From positions 19,637 through 83,636 of the forward strand of contig CALXMK010000007.1 in assembly GCA_944389455.1 (NCBI GenBank): 64,000 bases of DNA, read 5' to 3'. The notes below the pieces were generated by a model. It searched no databases. It was not told where the DNA came from and was given only the letters and a program-made list of their open reading frames with translations. Both the position numbers and the translations under genes were made by a program. Source of the DNA: an uncultured Verrucomicrobiota bacterium. GTDB lineage: Bacteria > Verrucomicrobiota > Verrucomicrobiia > Limisphaerales > UBA1412. Shown here one piece after another: positions 37,324-47,364 of this stretch (within the stretch, counting starts at the first letter, position 1; each line of letters begins with the position of its first letter).

Positions 37324-40300
37324 TTATTTGAAGCGTTGGTCTGTTGAGATAGGAGGAAGAGGCTTATTGAGGCGAGAATCAAATCTGCATATGCATTGTA
37401 CTGGGCAATAATCGCAAGAGGAGGAGCTTGCATACTGAAGTGGTTGAACGGGGAATACTCCTCTGAGAATACTACGTGCTAGAAGAAGGATAGTTTTTTC
37501 AGCTGTGTCACAGAGAGTTGTTAATTTTTCAGGAGAGATTGGTGTTTTATCTGATGCATGAGTAGAGCCATTTTTATTTATTCGAACACTGAATTGTTTG
37601 AAAGAAGAAGAGGTGGAGCTTGATTTGCAATATAGGCGGAGAAGATCTTTATTGAAGCGGCCTGTATGAGGAGAATTAGAGATGCCTTTATCTGTTTGAG
37701 TGGGAATTGTGAGTGGAACATAAAATGTTCCAGAGGGAGCGACTTGTTTTGCGGATGAGATTGTTTTCTGAGGGAATTTTTTTAAGAGGTTATCAAGGAA
37801 TCCTTTTTGCCTAATTACGCAGAGATAACAGATTAGTTGGAGCTGAATTCCAGCTTTAAAGCTTTCCTCATTAAAGTCTTTTTTGCTGCTTTTATAGTCA
37901 ATAGCATTGAGCCAGAGGGTATTGTCATTTTTTTCTAGATACCCATCTAGACGGTCTATACGTCCTTTGAGAGAAATTGTAAAATCAAATTCTGGCCTAA
38001 GATCAATATTCCACAAAGGCTCTCCATCAAATCCAAAGGAAAACTCAGTAGCAATAGGGATAAATTTATAATTAGAGAAGAATATTTTCATCATAGCTAA
38101 ATAAGCAGATACTTTGAGATGGGTTGTGGCTTTGTAAGTTTCACCTCCGGCGATGAGAAAATTTTCAGAATCGATTTTTCCAAAAGTATCTTCCAAAGCC
38201 TCTTTTAGTGAGTCTTGTTCTAATTGTTCTGTAAGAATTTGGTTTTCTAGAGCTTCAGGCCATGTTTTATTCAATTCGCAAACTTTATGATGGAATTTAT
38301 CCAATACATTATGGATTAGATTGCCGAGTTTGTTAGGAGAAAATCCCCACTTATCAGGTTCGTGGGTTTTAAGAATGTATTTTGCGAAAAAAGCAAAGGG
38401 GCAAGATGAGTAACTTTCTAGTTTACTGACACTGAGATTGATCTTCTTATTTTTGAAAAGGTCTACTGGGGAAGTGATTAATTCATGATAAGTGCTAAGA
38501 AGTGTGTTAATAGATATTTCGGGGTAATGGCAATTGTAGAGCCATTGTCGTAACTCCTTCGGTGTATGGGAAAGTTGACGCGTAATATTTAAACCTGAAA
38601 TTTCACATTTGGAGAGACAAAATTCGGGAGTGGAAAGTTGATTGCTGGAAAAAGCTGAAGTTGAGTTAGTATGAGGAGGAAGATATTTTTTTAATTCAGA
38701 GATATAAGTTGAAGGATATAGTCTTGAGGCAACTTCTTCATTGGAATTTTCTAATAGAGAGTAGGTAATGACAAGACGTTGAGATGATCGGGTAACAGCA
38801 ATATAGGATAGATAGTTTTCTCTATTTTTTGCATCGTTTACGTTTTCTGTGATTTCAATTAGATGGGATGCCAGTAATTGAGCTTCATTTTCACTAAAAA
38901 GAACAGATGGATTAGATAAATAGGGGAATACCCCTTCATTAAATCCGGCAAGGATAACGAGTTTGACTTTGGGTGTGCGAGTACGATCAAAAGTTCCAAT
39001 GAGAGTTTGATCTAATGACGCTGGAATCGCAGAAACGGTCATTTCTTTAAAGCCAGCTTCGATGATATGAATCCATTTTTGCAGAGTGTATGATTTGGAG
39101 TTAAAAGCAAGATGGAAATTTTTTAACCATTCGTTGAGGTTAGTCCATACGGTTTGATGTAATTGGGGAGAGAGACCGCTCTCAATTTGTAAAGACGCCA
39201 GTTGATTATTATTTCCCAAATTGGAAGTACTCCATTCTTCCAGTTTTTCTTCAAGACCAAAATATTCCCAAAGAAAACGAATGACTTCAACTAGTTTTGA
39301 ATTAGGAATAGGGAGAGATTGTTTATTTTCTTCAGTGATTTGAAGTTTTTTTTGTAATTTCAGCAGGGTTTCAATTGCTTTCTGATAAATATTTTGAAAA
39401 AAATAAAGATCTTTTATGGTATAGTTTTTCCCCAACTCCCATGTTTCCCAGATTCTTCTTTCCCAGAAGGAGTATCCGGTGTAATTAATACGGCAAAGTT
39501 TATTTTCAATATTATCCGCTTCTTTCAATGAAATATTAGCTAGTTCAGTGCGTAGCAGTGCCATCAGTTCAGGCAGTTCCCAATTTTTTAGGAAAACATG
39601 CAGTGTTTGTATGGTGAAGTCAACAGCTGGATGATGACAGATATTATGAGGAGTATCTAAAAAGAAAGGGATTTTGTAGCGTAAAAAAATTCTACGAAAA
39701 ATCTGTTCGTAAGTTTCCATGGAACGAAAGAGTACACAGCAATCGTTGTATCGATTACCAGCGCGGATAAAGCGAATAATTTCTCGTGCAGCCAGAATGG
39801 CTTCATCCCGTGCTGAGGTACATGAATAGAGCGCTACAGATTCAGATGAAGAGTCATTGTTGAGAGCAGAGATGGAATTTGATTTATCTCGCAGCCAATT
39901 CCGTTCTAATGCAGCTAATGGAAGGGTGTTTGTAAAACGATTGGGATAGTTTAAGTTAGAAATTCTTTTAATTTGAACTTTGCAGATATTATTTAATTCT
40001 AAAGATTTAAAGAGATTGCAGCATTTATTGAAAAAAGGGATAGTGTATTTCCAGAAATTTGATGGGCCTTCATAATGCAACGCTTTTTCTATTGTTGTGA
40101 TAGAATCCGGCAGCTCAAGACAGAAGTGAAGAGACATTTGTTTCGTTACGTGAGTCAGAGCTTCAATCATCTTTATTTCTTGAGGGGAGATATCAGTGAA
40201 GCCATCCAGCCAAATTTGTTCTAAAAGATATTCATTTGGGTGTTCGTTTGCCCATTGTTCAAGAATGCCACAGACTTGTTCATAAGCAGATTCATCGTCT

Positions 40301-40869
40301 CGGATTTCATTTTCTCGTATCCAATCAAAGTATTTTTTGTAGATGAAATGGATATCATGAATTTTCTGAAATAACCTGGAGTTTACATCGGTTGGGGAGG
40401 TGTGAGTTTTTAAAAATGATTCTAAAGATTCCAGGGGAGAATATTGGGTTTTTTTTGAGAAGACTCTAAGTTTGGTTAAGATTTTTTCCAAATCATTAGC
40501 TAACAAGATATCTTCTCTATGATTTTTATATAGGAGAAGATTATCAGGATTTTCCTGGAGGAGTGCCTGGAAGACCATTATTCTGGCCTCCTTATTAAGA
40601 ATATTTTCTGGTGCAGTTTCCAGAATATCTAACAGTAAATTGGAAAGCCGTTTAAAGCTGACTATATGCAGACGCATACTGCCGCCGATTTTGGTTTCTT
40701 TTTGATTAAAAACGGCTTGTTCTGCTTGGAAAGTCGCTTGTCGTGGGAGAATAAAGATAATCGGTTTCCCAAACTGAGAGATTTCTAGTTGGGATCGGAT
40801 TTCAGAAATGCAATTAAAAGTTTTACCACTTCCTGCAGGTCCTGTTATAAGATTGACTTGACAACTCAT
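37324..40869 (-). CDS. addB: AddB-like helicase/nuclease subunit
   Basis: GPAGSGKT, DGFTD, YIAVTR, SCPF, GRIDRLD, IDYKS, QLICY, terminal CDYCPVQCIC. Confidence 0.85.
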   Translation of the reverse strand: MSCQVNLITGPAGSGKTFNCISEIRSQLEISQFGKPIIFILPRQATFQAEQAVFNQKETKIGGSMRLHIVSFKRLSNLLLDILETAPENILNKEARIMVFQALLQENPDNLLLYKNHREDILLANDLEKILTKLRVFSKKTQYSPLESLESFLKTHTSPTDVNSRLFQKIHDIHFIYKKYFDWIRENEIRDDESAYEQVCGILEQWANEHPNEYLLEQIWLDGFTDISPQEIKMIEALTHVTKQMSLHFCLELPDSITTIEKALHYEGPSNFWKYTIPFFNKCCNLFKSLELNNICKVQIKRISNLNYPNRFTNTLPLAALERNWLRDKSNSISALNNDSSSESVALYSCTSARDEAILAAREIIRFIRAGNRYNDCCVLFRSMETYEQIFRRIFLRYKIPFFLDTPHNICHHPAVDFTIQTLHVFLKNWELPELMALLRTELANISLKEADNIENKLCRINYTGYSFWERRIWETWELGKNYTIKDLYFFQNIYQKAIETLLKLQKKLQITEENKQSLPIPNSKLVEVIRFLWEYFGLEEKLEEWSTSNLGNNNQLASLQIESGLSPQLHQTVWTNLNEWLKNFHLAFNSKSYTLQKWIHIIEAGFKEMTVSAIPASLDQTLIGTFDRTRTPKVKLVILAGFNEGVFPYLSNPSVLFSENEAQLLASHLIEITENVNDAKNRENYLSYIAVTRSSQRLVITYSLLENSNEEVASRLYPSTYISELKKYLPPHTNSTSAFSSNQLSTPEFCLSKCEISGLNITRQLSHTPKELRQWLYNCHYPEISINTLLSTYHELITSPVDLFKNKKINLSVSKLESYSSCPFAFFAKYILKTHEPDKWGFSPNKLGNLIHNVLDKFHHKVCELNKTWPEALENQILTEQLEQDSLKEALEDTFGKIDSENFLIAGGETYKATTHLKVSAYLAMMKIFFSNYKFIPIATEFSFGFDGEPLWNIDLRPEFDFTISLKGRIDRLDGYLEKNDNTLWLNAIDYKSSKKDFNEESFKAGIQLQLICYLCVIRQKGFLDNLLKKFPQKTISSAKQVAPSGTFYVPLTIPTQTDKGISNSPHTGRFNKDLLRLYCKSSSTSSSFKQFSVRINKNGSTHASDKTPISPEKLTTLCDTAEKTILLLARSILRGVFPVQPLQYASSSSCDYCPVQCICRFDSRLNKPLPPISTDQRFK

Positions 40870-40919
40870 TTTCCATTCTAATAATCTCGTTCTAAACGGA
40901 AAGAATGATAAAATAAGTT

Positions 40920-41939
40920 TTATTTAATATCAACCCAAAGTGCACGAAATGTTCTTTCTTCCAAAGGCAACTCTTTATTTTCTAAAGCCCCTATTTCTAA
41001 GCTGCCGTCATCACTGATAACTAAGAGTTTATTGGGGAAATATTCTTGAGATGCTAAAATCACTTCGGCTGTAAAGTTTTTAGGGAATTCCTTAATCATT
41101 ATTTTGGGAGGATTGGATTGATTCCCATCCCACGAATAAAGTGCACATGAACCTTTATCATAAGGTCCTGCTATGATGTAATAACGATTTCCACTAAAGC
41201 ACATATCGCGAATTCCTAAGCCTCCGAGATCAAGGACCGTAGCATCACCAAAGGTGGGAGCTTTCCCTTTAATAACTTCAGATGGATTTTTTAGAGGGAT
41301 GAGTAGTGCTTTTCCATCAGGAATAGGATTGCGGAAGCAAATCCAGAGACTCCCATCCGGAGCAGCAGATAATCCCTCAATATTAAAGCCATTTGGAGCT
41401 TTAGGTGCCAATAATGAGGCTGATGACAAATTGTATTTTTTAAACTTTTCTTCTTTTAAAAGAGCTGTTTGTATTCCCTGAAATGGAATACCTGTGACTT
41501 TGAGACTTTGATTTGCATCGTTGATTTGAGTTGCAAAGAAGATATGCCGTGAGGGTTGAGCTTTACCATTCTTGTTTCTCCCATGAGAGCTGATCCAATA
41601 GATTGTATCGTCAATTCTGGCTGCGCCTTCTAAATCGAATTCTTTTTTACCTTTAATTCCCGCCAGTTCCGTTCGAATGGAAAGAATTTTAGTGGGTTTA
41701 CCTCCGTCCAGTGAATAGAGGCGAAGTCCGTCTTCTTCATCATCGGCAATTAGTGCCTTAATTCCATTGGATTTATCTCCAATAATGACTCCGGCAGAGG
41801 CATCAGAGATGCCAGAAAAGCGAATATAATCGATTTCTTTGTCACTGGAAATGTCTGCTGCTATTCCTAGAGTTGAGACCATTGAGGTTAAAATAAATAA
41901 ATAAGCAATACTTGTTTTTTTGAAAAATTTCTTTTTCAT
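40920..41939 (-). CDS. Exported DUF3616-like protein
   Basis: Signal peptide; DASAG, ADDE, DLEGAA, SSHGR, NIEGL, FRNP, DLGGLGIRD, ISDDG. Family assignment from memory of motifs. Confidence 0.7.
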   Translation of the reverse strand: MKKKFFKKTSIAYLFILTSMVSTLGIAADISSDKEIDYIRFSGISDASAGVIIGDKSNGIKALIADDEEDGLRLYSLDGGKPTKILSIRTELAGIKGKKEFDLEGAARIDDTIYWISSHGRNKNGKAQPSRHIFFATQINDANQSLKVTGIPFQGIQTALLKEEKFKKYNLSSASLLAPKAPNGFNIEGLSAAPDGSLWICFRNPIPDGKALLIPLKNPSEVIKGKAPTFGDATVLDLGGLGIRDMCFSGNRYYIIAGPYDKGSCALYSWDGNQSNPPKIMIKEFPKNFTAEVILASQEYFPNKLLVISDDGSLEIGALENKELPLEERTFRALWVDIK

Positions 41940-41954
41940 AATGTTATAATAATT

Positions 41955-41971
41955 AGCAAGAAATATGCCGA
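41955..41971 (-). promoter_or_regulatory. Putative sigma54 promoter for DUF3616-like gene
   Basis: Minus strand TCGGCATATTTCTTGCT, GG-N10-GC; very AT-rich upstream region. Confidence 0.5.
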
Positions 41972-42130
41972 TAATTTTTGTTTTATATCTTCTCTATATA
42001 GGAAATATTGTAAGAAATATATTATTTCTTTTTTACTTTTTTTTGATAAATTTTAATTTGAAACTATGATGAATTATAATATTTTTAAATAGATTTTATT
42101 GTTAATAATATAGTGTAAATAAGATGAGAA

Positions 42131-43210
42131 TTAATAAAAATCCAATGAAGAGTGAACAGGCTGTGGATAGTATGTTGGTTTTAATTCTCCGTTTTCATCA
42201 AGGAAGAGTATTCTTTTTCCTTTATAATTTTCAATAATTTCTAGATATTGAGCAAAGCTAGAACATTGAGAGAGAGCTCTATTTACTTCGCGAGAGGGCC
42301 CCATACGGCGTGTATAGAATGGAGCGATTTTTCTGAATTGGCAGCAGGCAGAGGTTTCTCCATAATATTCAATCAGAGCTTTTAGATGATTTTCCATCCA
42401 TTGCAATCGGTCTTCAAAGGAAGGGGGGGAAGAGTGAGCGGATGATGATTTAATTTGATTGAATATCCAGGGATTATAAAGAGCTCCCCGGCCGATGGAT
42501 AGACCGGAACAACCTGTTTTATTTTTCATGATAAGGGCATTTTTGACTGTTGTAATATCTCCGTTCCCGAAAATGGGGATTTTGGGAGCAGCTTCGACGA
42601 CTTGTTGGATGATTTCCAGATTTACTGTTCCTGAAAAACCTTGTTCTCGAGTTCGGCCGTGGATAGTAATGGCTTGTATGCCGCTTTCTTGAAAGGCGTG
42701 AGCAAGCATGGGGGCAATAATATGTTCGGAATCGAATCCTAAACGGGTTTTAATTGTAATTGGGATGGAGACTGATTTTACAAGAGCTTCTGCCATTTGA
42801 ATAGCGAAGAAAGGTTCTTTGAGCAGTGCGGAACCTCCTCCTCCTTTGAGAACTTTGGGTGCAGGGCATCCCATGTTGATATCGATAAGACTAGCTCCTT
42901 GTGATTCAAGTATTTTTGCGGCTTCTATCATCTCATTTATAACGCCACCAAAAAGTTGAATTCCACATGGCATATCATCTTGGGAAAGAGATGATAGTTG
43001 TAGAGCTTCTTTTTTATTTTCAATGAGGGAACGAGCGTTGACAAGTTCTGTAAAAGTAAGGTCGACTCCGCCTAATGATCGAATTAGCCTTCTAAACGGC
43101 AGATTGGTATATCCGGCCATAGGAGCTAGAGCAAGAGTAAAATATTTTTTAGAAAAAAGCGATTTTTGTTTAGATAATGTTGTATTTGTACGGCTTATCA
43201 TTTTTACCAA
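42131..43210 (-). CDS. dusB: tRNA-dihydrouridine synthase (ATG 43201 is an alternative start)
   Basis: LAPMAG, QLFG, DINMGCP, KTRLG, IHGRT, GNGDI, IGRG. Confidence 0.88.
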   Translation of the reverse strand: MVKMISRTNTTLSKQKSLFSKKYFTLALAPMAGYTNLPFRRLIRSLGGVDLTFTELVNARSLIENKKEALQLSSLSQDDMPCGIQLFGGVINEMIEAAKILESQGASLIDINMGCPAPKVLKGGGGSALLKEPFFAIQMAEALVKSVSIPITIKTRLGFDSEHIIAPMLAHAFQESGIQAITIHGRTREQGFSGTVNLEIIQQVVEAAPKIPIFGNGDITTVKNALIMKNKTGCSGLSIGRGALYNPWIFNQIKSSSAHSSPPSFEDRLQWMENHLKALIEYYGETSACCQFRKIAPFYTRRMGPSREVNRALSQCSSFAQYLEIIENYKGKRILFLDENGELKPTYYPQPVHSSLDFY

Positions 43211-43319
43211 GAGACTATATAACTATAATATTGAAGAATCTCTAAGAGATTCTCCAATTTATATTTATAGTAAGGGCATCTCAAAGATGCCTTGTAATTA
43301 AGTAATTTTAGAATCAGCT

Positions 43320-44654
43320 TTAGAGTCCTTCTATTTCCCAGCCTTTGCGGTATGTACGTTTGATGAAGCAATTTGCTTCTTTCAGATCAAACTGCATGTT
43401 TTTACAGTCCCATTTCAGGGTTGTATTTCTGAATCTGGAAGCAATGGTTCCTATTAAAATACATTCTGCCAGAGGACCAGCATAGTCGAAGTTGGCAGCA
43501 GGGGTTCCTTTAGCCAAGACTCCGTCAATAAATTGATGCCAGTGACTAATGGTTGGCAGGGTTATTAACTTTTGGATTTCCGGATATTCTTCGTATTTAT
43601 CACCGTTTTTCTTAAACAATTTGGGGGTGGAAAAGTGAGGAATTAGGTAAATTCCTTCAGTTCCTAAGAAAATGGATCCGGAGTGGGGGAGTTCTCCCAC
43701 CAGCTTGCGGATTTCTTCCGGAGGGAGGTTGCCACCGCTGTGCCAATGAACAGGAAGTTTATCTTCTGCTGTATAAGAATTCCCGGGGAATGTATAATGT
43801 ACAATCTCATTTTTAGCCCAATACCATTTGTTTGGTTCAGGCCCTTCAGATCGGACAGAAATAGGAGCTTTTAATTCTAAAGAAGAGAAAATATTATCAA
43901 AAATATGGCATCCCATATCACCTAATACTCCAGTTCCCAGATCGAGTATATTGCGCCAAACACCCGGATGGTATTGGCCTTCAATGTAAGGACGCTCTGC
44001 TGCCGTGTTTAACCAGAGATCCCAGTTTAAGTGATTCGGAGTAGGGGAAGTATTTGATGGAAGTGGATCTTCTGATCCGTAGCTATTTCCACACCAGGAC
44101 CATGTTTCCTTTATTTTCCCAATGATGCCGCTTTGAATAATTTTGGGAGTGCTGCGATAAATATCATGAGCATGGATCTGAATTCCCATTTGAGTAATAA
44201 TATTGTTTTGTTGGGCATATTCAGTCAATTTACGGACTTCATAAATATCATGAGCCATCGGTTTTTGACAATAAATAGCAAGATTACGCTGCATGGCAGC
44301 CATGGCCATAACGGCATGAGTATGATCGGGAGTAGAAATGCTTAAACAATCAATATCTTTTTCCTCATCCAGCAGTTTACGGTAGTCAGTGTAGATTTTT
44401 AATTGAGGATGATCTTTTTTGATCTGGCTTAGGAAATTATTATCAACATCGGCAGCGGCAATGAAATCTACATTTGGATGAGAAATGATTTCATAGATAT
44501 CAACTCGAGCCATATTAGCAGTACCAAACGCAGCAAATCGAACGCGTGAACTAGGAGGTGCAGAGATAAGTTGATGCGAAATAAATGGGAATGCGATAGA
44601 TGCAGTTCCAATCGTTTTAAAAAAAGAACGACGAGATAGTTTACCCTTTTTCAT
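43320..44654 (-). CDS. Gfo/Idh/MocA oxidoreductase with Tat signal
   Basis: SRRSFFK twin-arginine motif, STPDHTHA, YCQKPM, GDMGCHI. Confidence 0.9.
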   Translation of the reverse strand: MKKGKLSRRSFFKTIGTASIAFPFISHQLISAPPSSRVRFAAFGTANMARVDIYEIISHPNVDFIAAADVDNNFLSQIKKDHPQLKIYTDYRKLLDEEKDIDCLSISTPDHTHAVMAMAAMQRNLAIYCQKPMAHDIYEVRKLTEYAQQNNIITQMGIQIHAHDIYRSTPKIIQSGIIGKIKETWSWCGNSYGSEDPLPSNTSPTPNHLNWDLWLNTAAERPYIEGQYHPGVWRNILDLGTGVLGDMGCHIFDNIFSSLELKAPISVRSEGPEPNKWYWAKNEIVHYTFPGNSYTAEDKLPVHWHSGGNLPPEEIRKLVGELPHSGSIFLGTEGIYLIPHFSTPKLFKKNGDKYEEYPEIQKLITLPTISHWHQFIDGVLAKGTPAANFDYAGPLAECILIGTIASRFRNTTLKWDCKNMQFDLKEANCFIKRTYRKGWEIEGL

Positions 44655-44744
44655 TGGAGAATTTTTGCTAAAGCGAGTTTAATATGCAAGAAAATATTGT
44701 CCTTAGTAAGAAAATTGTAATTTTTATGTTTTAAATTAGATAAT

Positions 44745-44761
44745 CTGGCACAGTTTGTGCT
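44745..44761 (+). promoter_or_regulatory. Sigma54-like motif or palindromic operator
   Basis: CTGGCACAGTTTGTGCT: TGGCAC-N5-GTGC (one mismatch to TTGC); also the inverted repeat GCACA-N3-TGTGC. Confidence 0.4.
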
Positions 44762-44777
44762 GAATAAATCGTGTATT

Positions 44778-44956
44778 GCGTATGCATTAACAAAAAATGT
44801 TACGCTGATCTTTCCGTTTATCTTATTCAAAAGAGATAAACATAAATCCACTTAAAATACCCACAAGCATGTAAGTGCTAATCTTCTAGGCTGAGTAGTG
44901 CACGGGGATAAGTCAACGGCTTATCCCCGTTGTTACTTATGGGTAAATGTATGTTT
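44778..44956. ncRNA. Candidate structured non-coding RNA
   Basis: Stems GCGTA/TACGC (44778-44805), GTTTATCT/AGATAAAC (44816-44841), TACCCACAAG/CTTATGGGTA (44858-44945) enclosing perfect ACGGGGATAAG/CTTATCCCCGT (44902-44930); no plus-strand ORF. Confidence 0.4.
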
Positions 44957-45055
44957 CAAATTTAATAGAGAAATTTGTATTTTTTATAAAATGAGAGGTG
45001 TGGCTGGTTCTAAATAATGATTGTGTTATTTTAGGGCTGGATAAACAAGACGAAT

Positions 45056-45090
45056 AAAAAAAGGCTATTCGATATTGAATAGCCTTTTTT
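45056..45090. terminator. Bidirectional intrinsic terminator
   Basis: AAAAAAAGGCTATTC-GATATT-GAATAGCCTTTTTT. Confidence 0.8.
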
Positions 45091-45110
45091 AGTTTGAGAG
45101 ACAGGTCCTA

Positions 45111-47159
45111 TTAGATTGGATAGTCTAGTGCTTCCGGAATCATAACCTTAGTTAAGGCTTCAGCTGCTTGATCTTTTGCTTTTCTTAAACCGCACATTGC
45201 TTTATCCACTTCCAGCCGAAGTGCTGAAAGTTCTTCTAATCCGGGTGTTTGAGCGTCGACATAACCATAAGCTAGTTCTATGCAGATCCGTGCTGCTTCG
45301 CCGGAAGCTCTTAGAGCTTGAGTTTGACTTAGAAGTGCAAAGAAATTGACATAGCCTTCAAAAGCTGGATTTTCAGGAATTTTACTTTCGAGTTCCAAGA
45401 TGTCCATAATAAAATAGCGGACAGCCAAAAGCCAACAGAGGGCATCTGCGAGAGGAAAGTTAATTCCTTGTCTATTTGTAGAATAGAGTTTTGTTCCGTT
45501 TTTATCTTTATTGGATTGAAGAAAATGGAGTGTTTTCACCCAAAGTGTCATCGCATTAGCTAGAAGATTAGCTCCAAGTTTAAGCGATTTATCGCTTTCG
45601 ATTTGATGCAATTCTTTGATCCATTGGCTAAATTGGGCCAAAAATAATTCTTGAGTCATAGTAATGCTCAACTGGCGACGCTGAACAGCTTCCGGACCTT
45701 CATAGGTTGCTTCCAATTGACCGTCCATCCATTTTTGACCTAAGAATCCAGGGCAATCTTCAGTGATCCCGTATCCACCCATTAAAGAGACCGCTTCACG
45801 GAGCATAGTGGTGCCCCATCCTGTATTCCAAAGTTTTGTTGCTGGACATAGAATATTGGCAATGGAGTCAGTAACCAAAAATTGAATCATCCTATTTTGC
45901 TTCAACTCTTCATATCGTTTGGTATTACGTTGATTCTCAGGTAGTCCATTTAATTCAATAAATTCTAAAGCTTCTTTTGTGATCAGAGAGAGTGCGCGAA
46001 TTTGTGCTCGGCCTGTGATTTGTTTTTCTTTGAAATAATTTTCTTTGAATTTTTCCAAAGGTTGAAGTTCATCGTAAATTCTGGCTGTTGCAAAACCGAG
46101 AGAAGCTGCAGCTTCTCCTGTTGCCCAGATATCTGCTAAACGATGAATTGCATCTTCCTTGTTTTGCAATCCAAGGTCATAGCGAGCGGAACCGGGTTGA
46201 CAAGATTCTCCTCCACGGAAACGATTACGCTGATAACGGATGATGGGTTCAATAGAACTTAAAAGTTTAGAAGCTGTCATCAAACCAACAACTACACGTG
46301 TTCTTCTGAATACAGCTTCAATGACGTCTCCATGACTAAAATTAGGTACAATAATACCATCTTTGATGGTATATCCGCCGACAATGCGATTAGCAGGAAC
46401 CCTGAGACTTAAAACGGGATCGCAGGTAGAAGAGAGCTGATGAACCATCTTTTTGGTTGCAGTGCCTCTATTGTAAATACCAGGATCAGTTTCTTCTAAA
46501 ATAACGATACAGCTTCCTTTAAATCTGGGATCAGTGGATTCTACAGCCGCAGTTACAAAGTTAGCAAATCCCATACCGGTAATAAATCTTCCCCTTTTAT
46601 CGACTTGGAGAATTGGTTCTTTCCCATCTTCCCATTCGGCGATAGAGACTTTCCCGTTAAGGAGACCTGTTTCTACTCCAACATAGGGAATGGGTTCAGT
46701 CAGAGCAAAGGCCCCACGATATTGTTTGCGATTTTCACCTGGTTGAGGAGGAACTGCACCTCCTAAATATTGTGTTTTCTGCTCTGGAGTGCCTCTTTCA
46801 TGAATGGGGGCTAAGGCTAGATTTCCGGCCATTCCCCCGGTTGCAGCGCCGGCATCCACCCAAGCGATTTCCCAAGTGATAAGAGCTTGGACCATATTTT
46901 TAGGACCATCAATATATCCACCATGCTCTATATCCATAAAAGCAGATGTTAAACCGGCTTGGTCAAAAGCAGTTAGAAGCTCTGCTTTTCCTTCGTTCCA
47001 TTCATGGGTGTTTCTCAACCCAGAAGATACAGCGCGGGCTACAGGCCCTCGTGCGACTTGACGTGCCGATTGAACTAGCATTTGTAAATCGTACCGTTCT
47101 GCGTAACGCCACATTACTTGACGTACATCATCACCTGGTAAAGTTTGTAACATATCCAT
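45111..47159 (-). CDS. Long acyl-CoA dehydrogenase family protein
   Basis: FALTEP, GRFIT, GGYGITED, ATYEGPE. Confidence 0.85.
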   Translation of the reverse strand: MDMLQTLPGDDVRQVMWRYAERYDLQMLVQSARQVARGPVARAVSSGLRNTHEWNEGKAELLTAFDQAGLTSAFMDIEHGGYIDGPKNMVQALITWEIAWVDAGAATGGMAGNLALAPIHERGTPEQKTQYLGGAVPPQPGENRKQYRGAFALTEPIPYVGVETGLLNGKVSIAEWEDGKEPILQVDKRGRFITGMGFANFVTAAVESTDPRFKGSCIVILEETDPGIYNRGTATKKMVHQLSSTCDPVLSLRVPANRIVGGYTIKDGIIVPNFSHGDVIEAVFRRTRVVVGLMTASKLLSSIEPIIRYQRNRFRGGESCQPGSARYDLGLQNKEDAIHRLADIWATGEAAASLGFATARIYDELQPLEKFKENYFKEKQITGRAQIRALSLITKEALEFIELNGLPENQRNTKRYEELKQNRMIQFLVTDSIANILCPATKLWNTGWGTTMLREAVSLMGGYGITEDCPGFLGQKWMDGQLEATYEGPEAVQRRQLSITMTQELFLAQFSQWIKELHQIESDKSLKLGANLLANAMTLWVKTLHFLQSNKDKNGTKLYSTNRQGINFPLADALCWLLAVRYFIMDILELESKIPENPAFEGYVNFFALLSQTQALRASGEAARICIELAYGYVDAQTPGLEELSALRLEVDKAMCGLRKAKDQAAEALTKVMIPEALDYPI

Positions 47160-47364
47160 ACTTTAAAATTAGTAAGCTGTTATTTGATGCCAAAAGAGAC
47201 TCTAATCTCTACAAGGCATTATATGACTAATTGAAAAATATGTCGATAAAACATGCGGTTGAAGAATATTTTAGAAAGAGAGAATGAAAAATTGAAAAGT
47301 ATTTTTCCCATTTTACTGAATATGTTTGGTTTTGAGGAAAAGGAAAGTTAAAATAAAAAGGCTT

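Noticed and set aside
43236-43252. Inverted repeat GAATCTC-TAA-GAGATTC upstream of dusB
   Set aside because: Short, AT-rich, 3-nt loop; cannot be told apart from chance or a weak operator.
44651-44851. 66-aa minus-strand ORF upstream of the oxidoreductase
   Set aside because: Low-complexity AT-rich translation without motif or RBS; more likely chance. Not excluded as a leader peptide.
44838-44956. Identification of the structured element as 6S RNA, SRP RNA, a known riboswitch or an IS200/IS605 end
   Set aside because: Internal loop is very asymmetric for 6S; no SRP GGAA loop or riboswitch consensus recognised; no tnpA/tnpB/iscB nearby.
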